Shown here: piece by piece, positions 1 through 12,400 of the stretch
Numbering within the stretch: position 1 is the stretch's first letter
Layout of the letters: each line of letters starts with the position of its first letter
Assembly: GCA_965649825.1 (NCBI GenBank)
Contig: OZ287697.1
Coordinates: forward strand, 1 to 64,000
Source: Penicillus capitatus
Taxonomy: Eukaryota > Plantae > Chlorophyta
DNA length: 64,000 nucleotides
Direction of reading: 5' to 3'
Position numbers and translations under genes: made by a program
The notes under the pieces: model-generated
What the model was told of the DNA's origin: nothing
The model's input: only the letters and a program-made list of their open reading frames with translations
The model's database searches: none

Positions 1-3000
1 GGCCAGGTTACACCTGATGCGACGCAACCGCCACGATTTCAACCAAGTACGACACCGCCCAAAGCCAAACGAACCTCCGGTGATCGGCATCCGCGGTGTG
101 TCCCGAGGCGTCCCGCACCCGTCTGCGTCGAAGATTGCCGACGGTGGGCCCTCCGTGGGCCGTGGTCTGCCGAAATGTCGAATCCGGAAAGGTCGCGCCA
201 CAGCCCGAGGACGCCGCCGTCGGGCTCCAACCAAGGGTCCGTCGGCATCCACTCGACCCCGCCGACACATTGCCGCCCTCGCTGGACCGTGTCGCCGGCG
301 TCATCGTGCACTTCCAGATCGTACTGACAGGCCAGGTTACACCTGATGCGACGTAACCGCCACGATTTCAACCAAGTACGACACCGCCCAAAGCCAAACG
401 AACCTCCGGTGATCGGCATCCGCGGTGTGTCCCGAGGCGTCCCGCACCCGTCTGCGTCGAAGATTGCCGACGGTGGGCCCTCCGTGGGCCGTGGTCTGCC
501 GAAATGTCGAATCCGGAAAGGTCGCGCCACAGGCCGAGAACGCCGCCGCCGGGCTCCAACCAAGGGTCCGTCGGCATCCACTCGACCCCGCCGACACATC
601 CCCACCCTCGCTCGACCGTGTCGCCGGCGTCATCGTGCACTTCCAGATCGTACTGACAGGCCAGGTTACACCTGATGCGACGTGACCGCCACGATTTCAA
701 CCAAGTACGACACCGCCCAAAGCCAAACGAGCCTCCACCGATTGGCATCCGCGGTGTGTCCCGAGACGTCCCGCACCCGTCTGCGTCGAAGACTGCCGAC
801 GGTGGGCCCTCCGTCGGCCGCAATCTGCCGAAATGTCGAATCCGGAAAGGCCGCGCCACAGCCCGAGCACGCCGCCGTCGGGCTCCAACCAAGGGTCCGT
901 CGGCATCCACTTGACCCCGCCGACACATCCCCACCCTCGCTCGACCGTGTCGCCGGCGTCATCGTGCACTTCCAGATCGTACTGACAGGCCAGGTTACAC
1001 CTGATGCGACGTGACCGCCACGATTTCAACCAAGTACCACACCGCCCAGAGCCAAACGAAACCTCCGGTGATCGGCATCCGCGGTGTGTCCCGAGACGTC
1101 CCGCACCCGTCTGCGTCGAAGACTGCCGACGGTGGGCCCTCCGTCGGCCGCAATCTGCCGAAATGTCGAATCCGGAAAGGCCGCGCCACAGCCCGAGAAC
1201 GCCGCCGCCGGGCTCCAACCAAGGGTCCGTCGGCATCCACTCGACCCCGCCGACACATCCCCGCCCTCGCTCGACCGTGTCGCCGGCGGCATCGTGCACT
1301 TCCGGATCGTACTGACAGGCCAGGTTACACCTGATGCGACGTAACGGCCACCATTTCAACTCCGTACGACACCGCCCAGAGCCAAACGAGCCTCCGGTGA
1401 TCGGCATCCGCGGTGTGTCCCGAGGCGTCCCGCACCCGTCTGCGTCGAAGACTGCCGACGGTGGGCCCGCCGTCGGCCGTAGTGTGCCGAAATGTCGAAT
1501 CCGGAAAGGCCGCGCCACAGCCCGAGCACGCCGCCGCCGGGCTCCAACCAAGGGTCCGTCGGCATCCACTCGACCCCGCCGACACATCCCCGCCCTCGCT
1601 CGACCGTGTCGCCGGCGGCATCGTGCACTTCCGGATCGTACTGACAGGCCAGGTTACACCTGATGCGACGTAACCGCCACGATTTCAACCAAGTACGACA
1701 CCGCCCAAAGCCAAACGAACCTCCGGTGATCGGCATCCGCGGTGTGTCCCGAGACGTCCCGCACCCGTCTGCGTTGTAGTCTGCCGACGGTGGGCCCTCC
1801 GTCGGCCGCAATCTGCCGAAATGTCGAATCCGGAAAGGTCGCGCCACAGCCCGAGAACGCCGCCGCCGGGCTCCAACCAAGGGTCCGTCCGCATCCACTC
1901 GACCCCGCCGACACATTCCCACCCTCGCTCGACCGTGTCGCCGGCTGCATCGTGCACTTCCGGATCGTACTGACAGGCCAGGTTACACCTGATGCGAAGT
2001 AACGGCCACCATTTCAACTCCGTACGACACCGTCCAGAGCCAAACGAGCCTCCGGTGATTGGCATCCGCGGTGTGTCCCGAGGCGTCCCGCACCCGTCTG
2101 CGTCGAAGACTGCCGACGGTGGGCCCTCCGTCGGCCGTAGTGTGCCGAAATGTCGAATCCGGAAAGGCCGCGCCACAGCCCGAGAACGCCGCCGTCGGGC
2201 TCCAACCAAGGGTCCGTCGGCATCCACTCGACCCCGCCGACACATTCCCACCCTCGCTGGACCGTGTCGCCGGCGTCGTCGTGCACTTCCAGATCGTACT
2301 GACAGGCCAGGTTACACCTGATGCGACGTGACCGCCACGATTTCAACCAAGTACGACACCGCCCAAAGCCAAACGAGCTTGCACCGATCGGCATCCGCGG
2401 TGTGTCCCGAGGCGTCCCGCACCCGTCTGCGTCGAAGACTGCCGACGGTGGGCCCGCCGTCGGCCGTAGTGTGCCGAAATGTCGAATCCGGAAAGGCCGC
2501 GCCACAGCCCGAGCACGCCGCCGCCGGGCTCCAACCAAGGGTCCGTCGGCATCCACTCGACCCCGCCGACACATTGCCGCCCTCGCTGGACCGTGTCGCC
2601 GGCGTCGTCGTGCACTTCCAGATCGTACTGACAGGCCAGGTTACACCTGATGCGACGTGACCGCCACGATTTCAACCAAGTACGACACCGCCCAAAGCCA
2701 AACGAGCTTGCACCGATCGGCATCCGCGGTGTGTCCCGAGACGTCCCGCACCCGTCTGCGTCGAAGACTGCCGACGGTGGGCCCGCCGTCGGCCGTAGTG
2801 TGCCGAAATGTCGAATCCGGAAAGGCCGCGCCACAGCCCGAGAACGCCGCCGCCGGGCTCCAACCAAGGGTCCGTCGGCATCCACTCGACCCCGCCGACA
2901 CATTGCCGCCCTCGCTCGACCGTGTCGCCGGCGGCATCGTGCACTTCCGGATCGTACTGACAGGCCAGGTTACACCTGATGCGACGTGACCGCCACGATT

Positions 3001-6000
3001 TCAACCAAGTACGACACCGCCCAAAGCCAAACGAACCTCCGGTGATCGGCATCCGCGGTGTGTCCCGAGGCGTCCCGCACCCGTCTGCGTTGTAGTCTGC
3101 CGACGGTGGGCCCTCCGTCGGCCGCAATCTGCCGAAATGTCGAATCCGGAAAGGTCGCGCCACAGCCCGAGAACGCCGCCGCCGGGCTCCAACCAAGGGT
3201 CCGTCGGCATCCACTCGACCCCGCCGACACATCCCCGCCCTCGCTCGACCGTGTCGCCGGCTGCATCGTGCACTTCCGGATCGTACTGACAGGCCAGGTT
3301 ACACCTGATGCGACGTAACGGCCACCATTTCAACTCCGTACGACACCGCCCAGAGCCAAACGAGCCTCCGGTGATTGGCATCCGCGGTGTGTCCCGAGGC
3401 GTCCCGCACCCGTCTGCGTCGAAGACTGCCGACGGTGGGCCCGCCGTCGGCCGTAGTGTGCCGAAATGTCGAATCCGGAAAGGCCGCGCCACAGCCCGAG
3501 CACGCCGCCGCCGGGCTCCAACCAAGGGTCCGTCGGCATCCACTCGACCCCGCCGACACATTGCCGCCCTCGCTCGACCGTGTCGCCGGCGGCATCGTGC
3601 ACTTCCGGATCGTACTGACAGGCCAGGTTACACCTGATGCGACGTAACCGCCACGATTTCAACCAAGTACGACACCGCCCAAAGCCAAACGAACCTCCGG
3701 TGATCGGCATCCGCGGTGTGTCCCGAGACGTCCCGCACCCGTCTGCGTCGAAGATTGCCGACGGTGGGCCCTCCGTCGGCCGCAATCTGCCGAAATGTCG
3801 AATCCGGAAAGGTCGCGCCACAGCCCGAGAACGCCGCCGCCGGGCTCCAACCAAGGGTCCGTCCGCATCCACTCGACCCCGCCGACACATCCCCGCCCTC
3901 GCTCGACCGTGTCGCCGGCGGCATCGTGCACTTCCGGATCGTACTGACAGGCCAGGTTACACCTGATGCGACGTAACCGCCACGATTTCAACCAAGTACG
4001 ACACCGCCCAAAGCCAAACGAACCTCCGGTGATCGGCATCCGCGGTGTGTCCCGAGACGTCCCGCACCCGTCTGCGTCGAAGATTGCCGACGGTGGGCCC
4101 TCCGTCGGCCGCAATCTGCCGAAATGTCGAATCCGGAAAGGTCGCGCCACAGCCCGAGAACGCCGCCGCCGGGCTCCAACCAAGGGTCCGTCCGCATCCA
4201 CTCGACCCCGCCGACACATTCCCACCCTCGCTCGACCGTGTCGCCGGCTGCATCGTGCACTTCCGGATCGTACTGACAGGCCAGGTTACACCTGATGCGA
4301 CGTAACGGCCACCATTTCAACTCCGTACGACACCGTCCAGAGCCAAACGAGCCTCCGGTGATTGGCATCCGCGGTGTGTCCCGAGGCGTCCCGCACCCGT
4401 CTGCGTCGAAGACTGCCGACGGTGGGCCCTCCGTCGGCCGTAGTGTGCCGAAATGTCGAATCCGGAAAGGCCGCGCCACAGCCCGAGAACGCCGCCGTCG
4501 GGCTCCAACCAAGGGTCCGTCGGCATCCACTCGACCCCGCCGACACATTCCCACCCTCGCTGGACCGTGTCGCCGGCGTCGTCGTGCACTTCCAGATCGT
4601 ACTGACAGGCCAGGTTACACCTGATGCGACGTGACCGCCACGATTTCAACCAAGTACGACACCGCCCAAAGCCAAACGAGCTTGCACCGATCGGCATCCG
4701 CGGTGTGTCCCGAGACGTCCCGCACCCGTCTGCGTCGAAGACTGCCGACGGTGGGCCCGCCGTCGGCCGTAGTGTGCCGAAATGTCGAATCCGGAAAGGC
4801 CGCGCCACAGCCCGAGCACGCCGCCGCCGGGCTCCAACCAAGGGTCCGTCGGCATCCACTCGACCCCGCCGACACATTGCCGCCCTCGCTCGACCGTGTC
4901 GCCGGCGGCATCGTGCACTTCCGGATCGTACTGACAGGCCAGGTTACACCTGATGCGACGTAACCGCCACGATTTCAACCAAGTACGACACCGCCCAAAG
5001 CCAAACGAACCTCCGGTGATCGGCATCCGCGGTGTGTCCCGAGACGTCCCGCACCCGTCTGCGTCGAAGATTGCCGACGGTGGGCCCTCCGTCGGCCGCA
5101 ATCTGCCGAAATGTCGAATCCGGAAAGGTCGCGCCACAGCCCGAGAACGCCGCCGCCGGGCTCCAACCAAGGGTCCGTCCGCATCCACTCGACCCCGCCG
5201 ACACATTCCCACCCTCGCTCGACCGTGTCGCCGGCTGCATCGTGCACTTCCGGATCGTACTGACAGGCCAGGTTACACCTGATGCGACGTAACGGCCACC
5301 ATTTCAACTCCGTACGACACCGTCCAGAGCCAAACGAGCCTCCGGTGATTGGCATCCGCGGTGTGTCCCGAGGCGTCCCGCACCCGTCTGCGTCGAAGAC
5401 TGCCGACGGTGGGCCCTCCGTCGGCCGTAGTGTGCCGAAATGTCGAATCCGGAAAGGCCGCGCCACAGCCCGAGAACGCCGCCGTCGGGCTCCAACCAAG
5501 GGTCCGTCGGCATCCACTCGACCCCGCCGACACATTCCCACCCTCGCTGGACCGTGTCGCCGGCGTCGTCGTGCACTTCCAGATCGTACTGACAGGCCAG
5601 GTTACACCTGATGCGACGTGACCGCCACGATTTCAACCAAGTACGACACCGCCCAAAGCCAAACGAGCTTGCACCGATCGGCATCCGCGGTGTGTCCCGA
5701 GACGTCCCGCACCCGTCTGCGTCGAAGACTGCCGACGGTGGGCCCGCCGTCGGCCGTAGTGTGCCGAAATGTCGAATCCGGAAAGGCCGCGCCACAGCCC
5801 GAGCACGCCGCCGCCGGGCTCCAACCAAGGGTCCGTCGGCATCCACTCGACCCCGCCGACACATTGCCGCCCTCGCTCGACCGTGTCGCCGGCGGCATCG
5901 TGCACTTCCGGATCGTACTGACAGGCCAGGTTACACCTGATGCGACGTGACCGCCACGATTTCAACCAAGTACGACACCGCCCAAAGCCAAACGAACCTC

Positions 6001-7593
6001 CGGTGATCGGCATCCGCGGTGTGTCCCGAGGCGTCCCGCACCCGTCTGCGTTGTAGTCTGCCGACGGTGGGCCCTCCGTCGGCCGCAATCTGCCGAAATG
6101 TCGAATCCGGAAAGGTCGCGCCACAGCCCGAGAACGCCGCCGCCGGGCTCCAACCAAGGGTCCGTCGGCATCCACTCGACCCCGCCGACACATCCCCGCC
6201 CTCGCTCGACCGTGTCGCCGGCTGCATCGTGCACTTCCGGATCGTACTGACAGGCCAGGTTACACCTGATGCGACGTAACGGCCACCATTTCAACTCCGT
6301 ACGACACCGCCCAGAGCCAAACGAGCCTCCGGTGATTGGCATCCGCGGTGTGTCCCGAGACGTCCCGCACCCGTCTGCGTCGAAGACTGCCGACGGTGGG
6401 CCCTCCGTCGGCCGTAGTGTGCCGAAATGTCGAATCCGGAAAGGCCGCGCCACAGCCCGAGCACGCCGCCGTCGGGCTCCAACCAAGGGTCCGTCGGCAT
6501 CCACTCGACCCCGCCGACACATCCCCGCCCTCGCTCGACCGTGTCGCCGGCGTCATCGTGCACTTCCAGATCGTACTGACAGGCCAGGTTACACCTGATG
6601 CGACGTGACCGCCACGATTTCAACCAAGTACGACACCGCCCAAAGCCAAACGAACCTCCGGTGATCGGCATCCGCGGTGTGTCCCGAGGCGTCCCGCACC
6701 CGTGTGCGTCGAAGATTGCCGACGGTGGGCCCTCCGTGGGCCGTGGTCTGCCGAAATGTCGAATCCGGAAAGGTCGCGCCACAGCCCGAGAACGCCGCCG
6801 TCGGGCTCCAACCAAGGGTCCGTCGGCATCCACTCGACCCCGCCGACACATTGCCGCCCTCGCTGGACCGTGTCGCCGGCGTCATCGTGCACTTCCAGAT
6901 CGTACTGACAGGCCAGGTTACACCTGATGCGACGTAACCGCCACGATTTCAACCAAGTACGACACCGCCCAAAGCCAAACGAACCTCCGGTGATCGGCAT
7001 CCGCGGTGTGTCCCGAGGCGTCCCGCACCCGTCTGCGTCGAAGATTGCCGACGGTGGGCCCTCCGTGGGCCGTGGTCTGCCGAAATGTCGAATCCGGAAA
7101 GGCCGCGCCACAGGCCGAGCACGCCGCCGCCGGGCTCCAACCAAGGGTCCGCCCGCATCCACTCGACCCCGCCGACACATCCCCGCCCTCGCTGGACCGT
7201 GTCGCCGGCGTCATCGTGCACTTCCAGATCGTACTGACAGGCCAGGTTACACCTGATGCGACGTAACCGCCACGATTTCAACCAAGTACGACACCGCCCA
7301 AAGCCAAACGAACCTCCGGTGATCGGCATCCGCGGTGTGTCCCGAGACGTCCCGCACCCGTCTGCGTCGAAGATTGCCGACGGTGGGCCCTCCGTCGGCC
7401 GCAATCTGCCGAAATGTCGAATCCGGAAACGCCGCGCCACAGCCCGAGGACGCCGCCGTGGGGCTCCAATTAAGGGTCCGCCGGCATCCACTCGACCCCG
7501 CCGACACATTCCCACCCTCGCTCGACCGTGTCGCAGGCAGCATCTTGCACTTCCAGATCGTACTGACAGGTTAGGTTACACCTGATGTGACGT
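1..7593. repeat. Tandem satellite array, 329-bp unit (23 full units plus ~25-bp degenerate partial); begins at the window edge
   Basis: Unit start GGCCAGGTTACACCTGATG recurs at 1, 330, 659, 988, 1318 and then every 329 bp to 7240; a partial copy starts at 7569. The unit at 988 is 330 bp (extra A). Unit 1 is 216/329 = 66% GC, versus roughly 45-50% in the rest of the window. Confidence 0.99.
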
Positions 7594-9403
7594 GTGGTAG
7601 GTTTTGATTTGACGCGGATATTAATAACTGCTGGTCATCATGTTGTCAGCGAACAGCTGTCCACCTTCGTGCAGCTGACAAACGGAGACGCGTTGATAGG
7701 ACGTTTGCGTACGTTCGACGCGTATATAATCCGGATTATAATGATTCAACAGTCTTTGTAAGTTATAAGCCTCAGTCGTTAACCCGTTGTTCACCGACAA
7801 CGCGACACATGTCTCCTATGATGATGAGACATTTGTTGAACCATTCCCCTTCTGCTCTTTATCATCATGCCAGTATCCTTGCCACGCACAAGTAAACACT
7901 TCTTTAAATTATCCAATTTATTCAAGTACATGAAGCCCGGCGTAGACACACCAAGTAAACCGTTCATTTTGATTAGACTTCATAAAACCAAAGTGTTGGC
8001 CAAAAGATGATTTCAATTAGGCCTATTACAGATCTGTGGACCGGATGATGAGATTATTATTTAAGGTTCGGCTTCCGCGCACGTTCGACCGATTCTCCGC
8101 CGCCGACCTGAGCGTTTGAGTGCGACACAAAGGCAACAGCAAACGGTCGAGGTACACAGCCACATACACACGGATTACAAAGAGGGCAATGTTTAACAGG
8201 GGACGCGCTTTAAATATACTAATGGAGATGTAGCCCGGAAGGGGACAGCTGTCCGAATGGTACGACAGCGAAGTTAACAGCTGTCCCCTAAGACACAAAC
8301 ATTTCGTGATTTTTCAACAAATTAACAGAAAGAGACAAGTCGTTTGTTGTCGAGATTGCGGGATGTGGGAAGGACTATTAATGTTATGATGGGAGAGCAT
8401 CTGTACAAAACGCCCCCTTTTTAAGATCTTACATTTGTTTTCACTGTTTGTTCGTTCGGCGATGTCTTTGACTACACGGGGATTTTCACCATACCGATCA
8501 AAAAGATTGAATGATAAATCGATTCCACCAATTAACTTTCATGAACACTGTTGGTCTGCTGGCTGATCAAGCGGAGAAGTCTTAGGCGACGGTTTGAGGG
8601 CCGTCAGGACTGGTCGCTTGAACGTGAGGAAGCAGTTAGCGACGGTTAAGAGAGCGCTCGAGAGGGTCGAGAGATGACCGAAGTAGGGTGAAAGACGAGT
8701 CTGCAATAAGACGCGAAAGTCGTGAATTGGCAAATATCCAGAGTTCTAGTCTGGGTGACGTGTATTCTCGGAATGGTCGGAAAACGTCAGTGTCATCTGT
8801 GAACACTTAGACACTCGCCAAAAATCTCAGAAACTGGTGGAATTCGATGATTGCTGAGGTCGCGGCGACGTCCAGTTTAACGCTGCAAATGACCTGCGAG
8901 GTGCAAGCGACGTCGAGTTCTGAGCCGAAAGTCCGAGGCGACGGACGATGCTGTAACCCTGAGTGATCAGCCTGGATTACAGAAAAGGCGAGAAAAGCGT
9001 GGCAGTCAGTTGACGTGACGAAATGGACAGTCGACGCGCTGAGAAGAAGACGCAGCCAGTGGTAAAAGCCTGAAGATGCAGTGTCGCAGTGAGGCGAAGA
9101 CATGAAATCAAGGTGTCGCCAAGAGGCGACGTGAGACGCGAATTTAGTGTGTGTAACTAAGAAAAACGCAAATGATACGGAGAACATGGGCATATAAAAT
9201 AAAAACTTTAGGGGCAAGTTTGGGTTTAAAAGCTTTCGGTGTTGCGTGCATATTCTGTCGATCGAGTCGCTTTGCGTTGCTGACGACTACAAGCGTAATC
9301 CCGCTGCCGTGCTGACGATTTTGGCCTGTTTTTTAGTGCCAATTCTGCCCCATCGTCGCATAGTACTGCAGAAAACCAACAAACACAAACTTGTGCCTTC
9401 AAA

Positions 9404-12400
9404 CTACTCTTTAATTTCAAGATGTCCTAGCAATCCAGGAAATTTCTCATCAAATTCTAGTCTTAAAACCGCAACAAAACGATCGATAGTTTCCTTACCC
9501 CATTTACCAATTTCTTGCGAAGAAGATGTATGCATAACAAAGGAAACAGTTTTAAATTCTGTGAAGTGATTTAGCGTGAATGAGTTTTGCATAAACACGA
9601 GTAGAAGACTTCCTTTACAATCAGAAAGAGAAGATATTGCTGATGGTATAGCTTGTTCGGGTTTTATGCTTGCTAGTGCAGTTCTGGCAGCATTGCGCAC
9701 ATCCAACTGTTCATCGACGCATCCCCTTGCTAACGTCGGCAAAAATACGCCAGTGTGCTGGGGAGCCGCCGCAATAACGCGGTAGATGGACTCCATCACC
9801 GCTTGACGCACGTTCCGGTGATTGTCGCTGTACCCCTTTACTAGTGCATATGAAACCTCGCCGGCTAGCTGCGGCACAGCTGTCAAGACACGGCCGATAG
9901 CTTCAATCGCCACTGGACGCACGTGCCGATGTTCGACACTGCACCCCTTTACGAGCGTCGGAAGAAGCTCGTCGGCGTTTTGCGGCGCCGCGACGATGAG
10001 GCGGCCTATGGCCTCCGTCGCCGCTCGACGTACGCGCCAAGCTTCGACACCGCACCCCTTTTCCAGCGTCGGGAGAAGCTCTTCGGCGTACTCCGGCGCC
10101 GACTCGACGATGCGACCGATGGATTCCATCGTCTCTTGAAGTAATTTCCATTCTTCGTCGCCGGTGTGCCTCCCCAGCCCCGATATAACCACACTGCCGC
10201 ATAAATCCGGCGGCATGATCGTAATGTCTCTGCACAGCCTCGCAAACGTTGGCATAACCTCGTCGGCGTGCTGCGGCGCAGCTGCGACAGCGAGTCCGGT
10301 GGCTTCAATCGCCGCTCGGCGTGCCTCTCGGTGTTCGTCGTAGCACCTCGTCGACATCGTCGGTGTAACACCGTCGGCGTGCTGCGGCTTAGCTGCGATA
10401 ACGTTATCTATATCTATAATCGCCGATCGATGCACGTCCCATTCTTCGCTGCACCACCCTGCTAGTGTCGGCAGAATCTCGGTGACTTGCTCCGGCGCTG
10501 CCGAGGCAACTCGGTCGATAGCCTTTATCGCCGATCGACGCACGCTCCAGCCTTCATGGACGCGCCGCTCTGCCAGCGTCGGCAAAACCGCTCCGGCATG
10601 CTCCGGTGCCGAAGCGACGACACGGCCGATGGCCTCAATCGCCACGTCACACACGTCCGGGTCTTCGTCATCGCACCAGAGCACAAGCAATGGCAAAACT
10701 TCGCTGGCGTGCTTGGGCACTTGTTCTGCGAGAAAAGTTAACCTTTTGATTGACTCCTTTTTTTTGCACCAACTATCCGGCTGTTTTAGTAGTTGCAATA
10801 CGAATTGAATTATTATGTAACTCTGCTTTGAAGAGTGCCGTGCAAGCCTCTGGACATCTACGATTTTCGCCATTTCTATCCATCTTAAATCATGAACACA
10901 TGCTAGTATTCTCTTTGCTTCATCAATAGTTCCACTGAGAATTTGAGGAAATCCTTCTAAAACGTGCGGCAACTGTTGGAATTTGTCCACCACGAGTTCA
11001 CGAATTATAACATCATCGATAGTACTTTCGAGGAGTTGCCTTGCGCTTTCGGCGAGCTTGATTGCTTGTTCGTTGTTCAGAAGATTTTTCAAAACGTAGT
11101 CGTCCGACTCTTCGAGAACTGCCTCGATAACACGCATCTTCAATAAAAAGTGTTGCAGCCCAAGAACTTCAACTGGTTGTTCGTTAACAATCGAAAGCAT
11201 GTGTTGCAGTGCGTCTTTTCCACGGGCTTTTCCATATGCGTGCATCGCGAAGTACATTGTCAAGTCGTTGTTCTGATTGTATTTTTCTTCTTGGATAAAC
11301 GTTAGTAGTCGTCTTTCTTCATCCGATTCTTTTCTCTTCAGGCTTCTGGCAATAAATCTTCCAGCAAAGTACTCTTGAAAGGTGAGATGAAGAAATTGAT
11401 ATCGTTCTTCCTCCAAAACGAATAGGAGGAATCCACTTTCATTGAAAATTCTTGTTGTGTTTGCGGATGTTACATGACTTTCAACGAATCGTTCTTCGAT
11501 AAGCATTTGTCCACTTCGAAGTCCCTCAAAGGCTATCTTCTCGAGGTCTTCGAAAATAGCATCCTTGTTTGCATTCCTTGCCTCTGCCTCTAGCTTTTCT
11601 TTAAACCTCTTCCATACAAAATTTGTCACGTCGTCGTAGATCTGAAACATGCTCGCTCTCTTCTTCCGATCTTCAATAGATGTACCATGTTCTCTAGCCA
11701 GATAACAGAGAATGTGTGCCGTCACTGGGGTATGTGCGGCTTCCCACATACCTCGATCTTGTTGCAAAGAACGAATGAGTCTCGAAGCTTCATCATATTG
11801 CAGTTCTTTTCTTATGTAGTTTTTTAGCTGCTGGTCATTGAATCCAAGACACTCAAACTGGCAGTCGACTTTTCTTTGTGTCCCTTGAAGATTGTATGGT
11901 CGCGCAAGTATCAGAAGTTTGCATTTACTTTTCTCTGCCTCGGAAAGGATCTCTCTGGCATCGTCATTGGCTTCGTCCAATCCGTCAAACACCAGCAATG
12001 TGCTAGATACATCGAGATCATCGTTGATTTGAGTCTTCAACTCTTCAATTCGAGCATGGCTTCTTTTTTGTTTGAAACACAATTGCGCGACCACTTCTTC
12101 AATACCCTCTCCCCGTACAGTTTTGATTTTTGTGAGGTTTAGACGTCTTATCGGAACCACGTAAATGGCTTTGAACTCTTGCAACATCTTTCCCAGTGCC
12201 CATTTGTGTGCAATGGCTTTGCTTATGCAAGTCTTTCCCGAACCGGGATTTCCATAAAGAAGAGCTCTTCGGATTTCGCTCTTGTCAACACCCGCTTCCA
12301 GTGATCTCGGCTTAAACAAGTCTTCTATCGAAATCGGTGTTGTGACCTTTTTCTTTTGTTCGTGGTATTCTTTCAGATCATCCCTTTTTTGTATTGCGAA

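Noticed and set aside
255-345. Ribozyme-like words in the unit (CCTCGCTGG as in HDV L3; CTGATG as in the hammerhead core)
   Set aside because: HDV P2/P3 pairings cannot be formed and CCTCGCTGG varies to CCTCGCTCG. The hammerhead core needs CUGANGA, but the sequence is CTGATGC.
1-7593. Dozens of 86-296 aa ORFs on both strands in the repeat array
   Set aside because: These are shadow ORFs of a 66% GC repeat. The unit length of 329 is not a multiple of 3, variants create stops and a frameshift freely, and no protein motif is present.
1-7593. CRISPR array, 5S rDNA, tRNA/SINE or spliced-leader array
   Set aside because: There are no unique spacers and no 5S sequence, cloverleaf or Sm site. The B-box-like TCGAATCC matches only part of the consensus and has no convincing A box.
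8000-9400. ORFs of 60-136 aa between the satellite and the NLR
   Set aside because: No motifs, no splice-supported model and no transposase or terminal-repeat signature; treated as non-coding.
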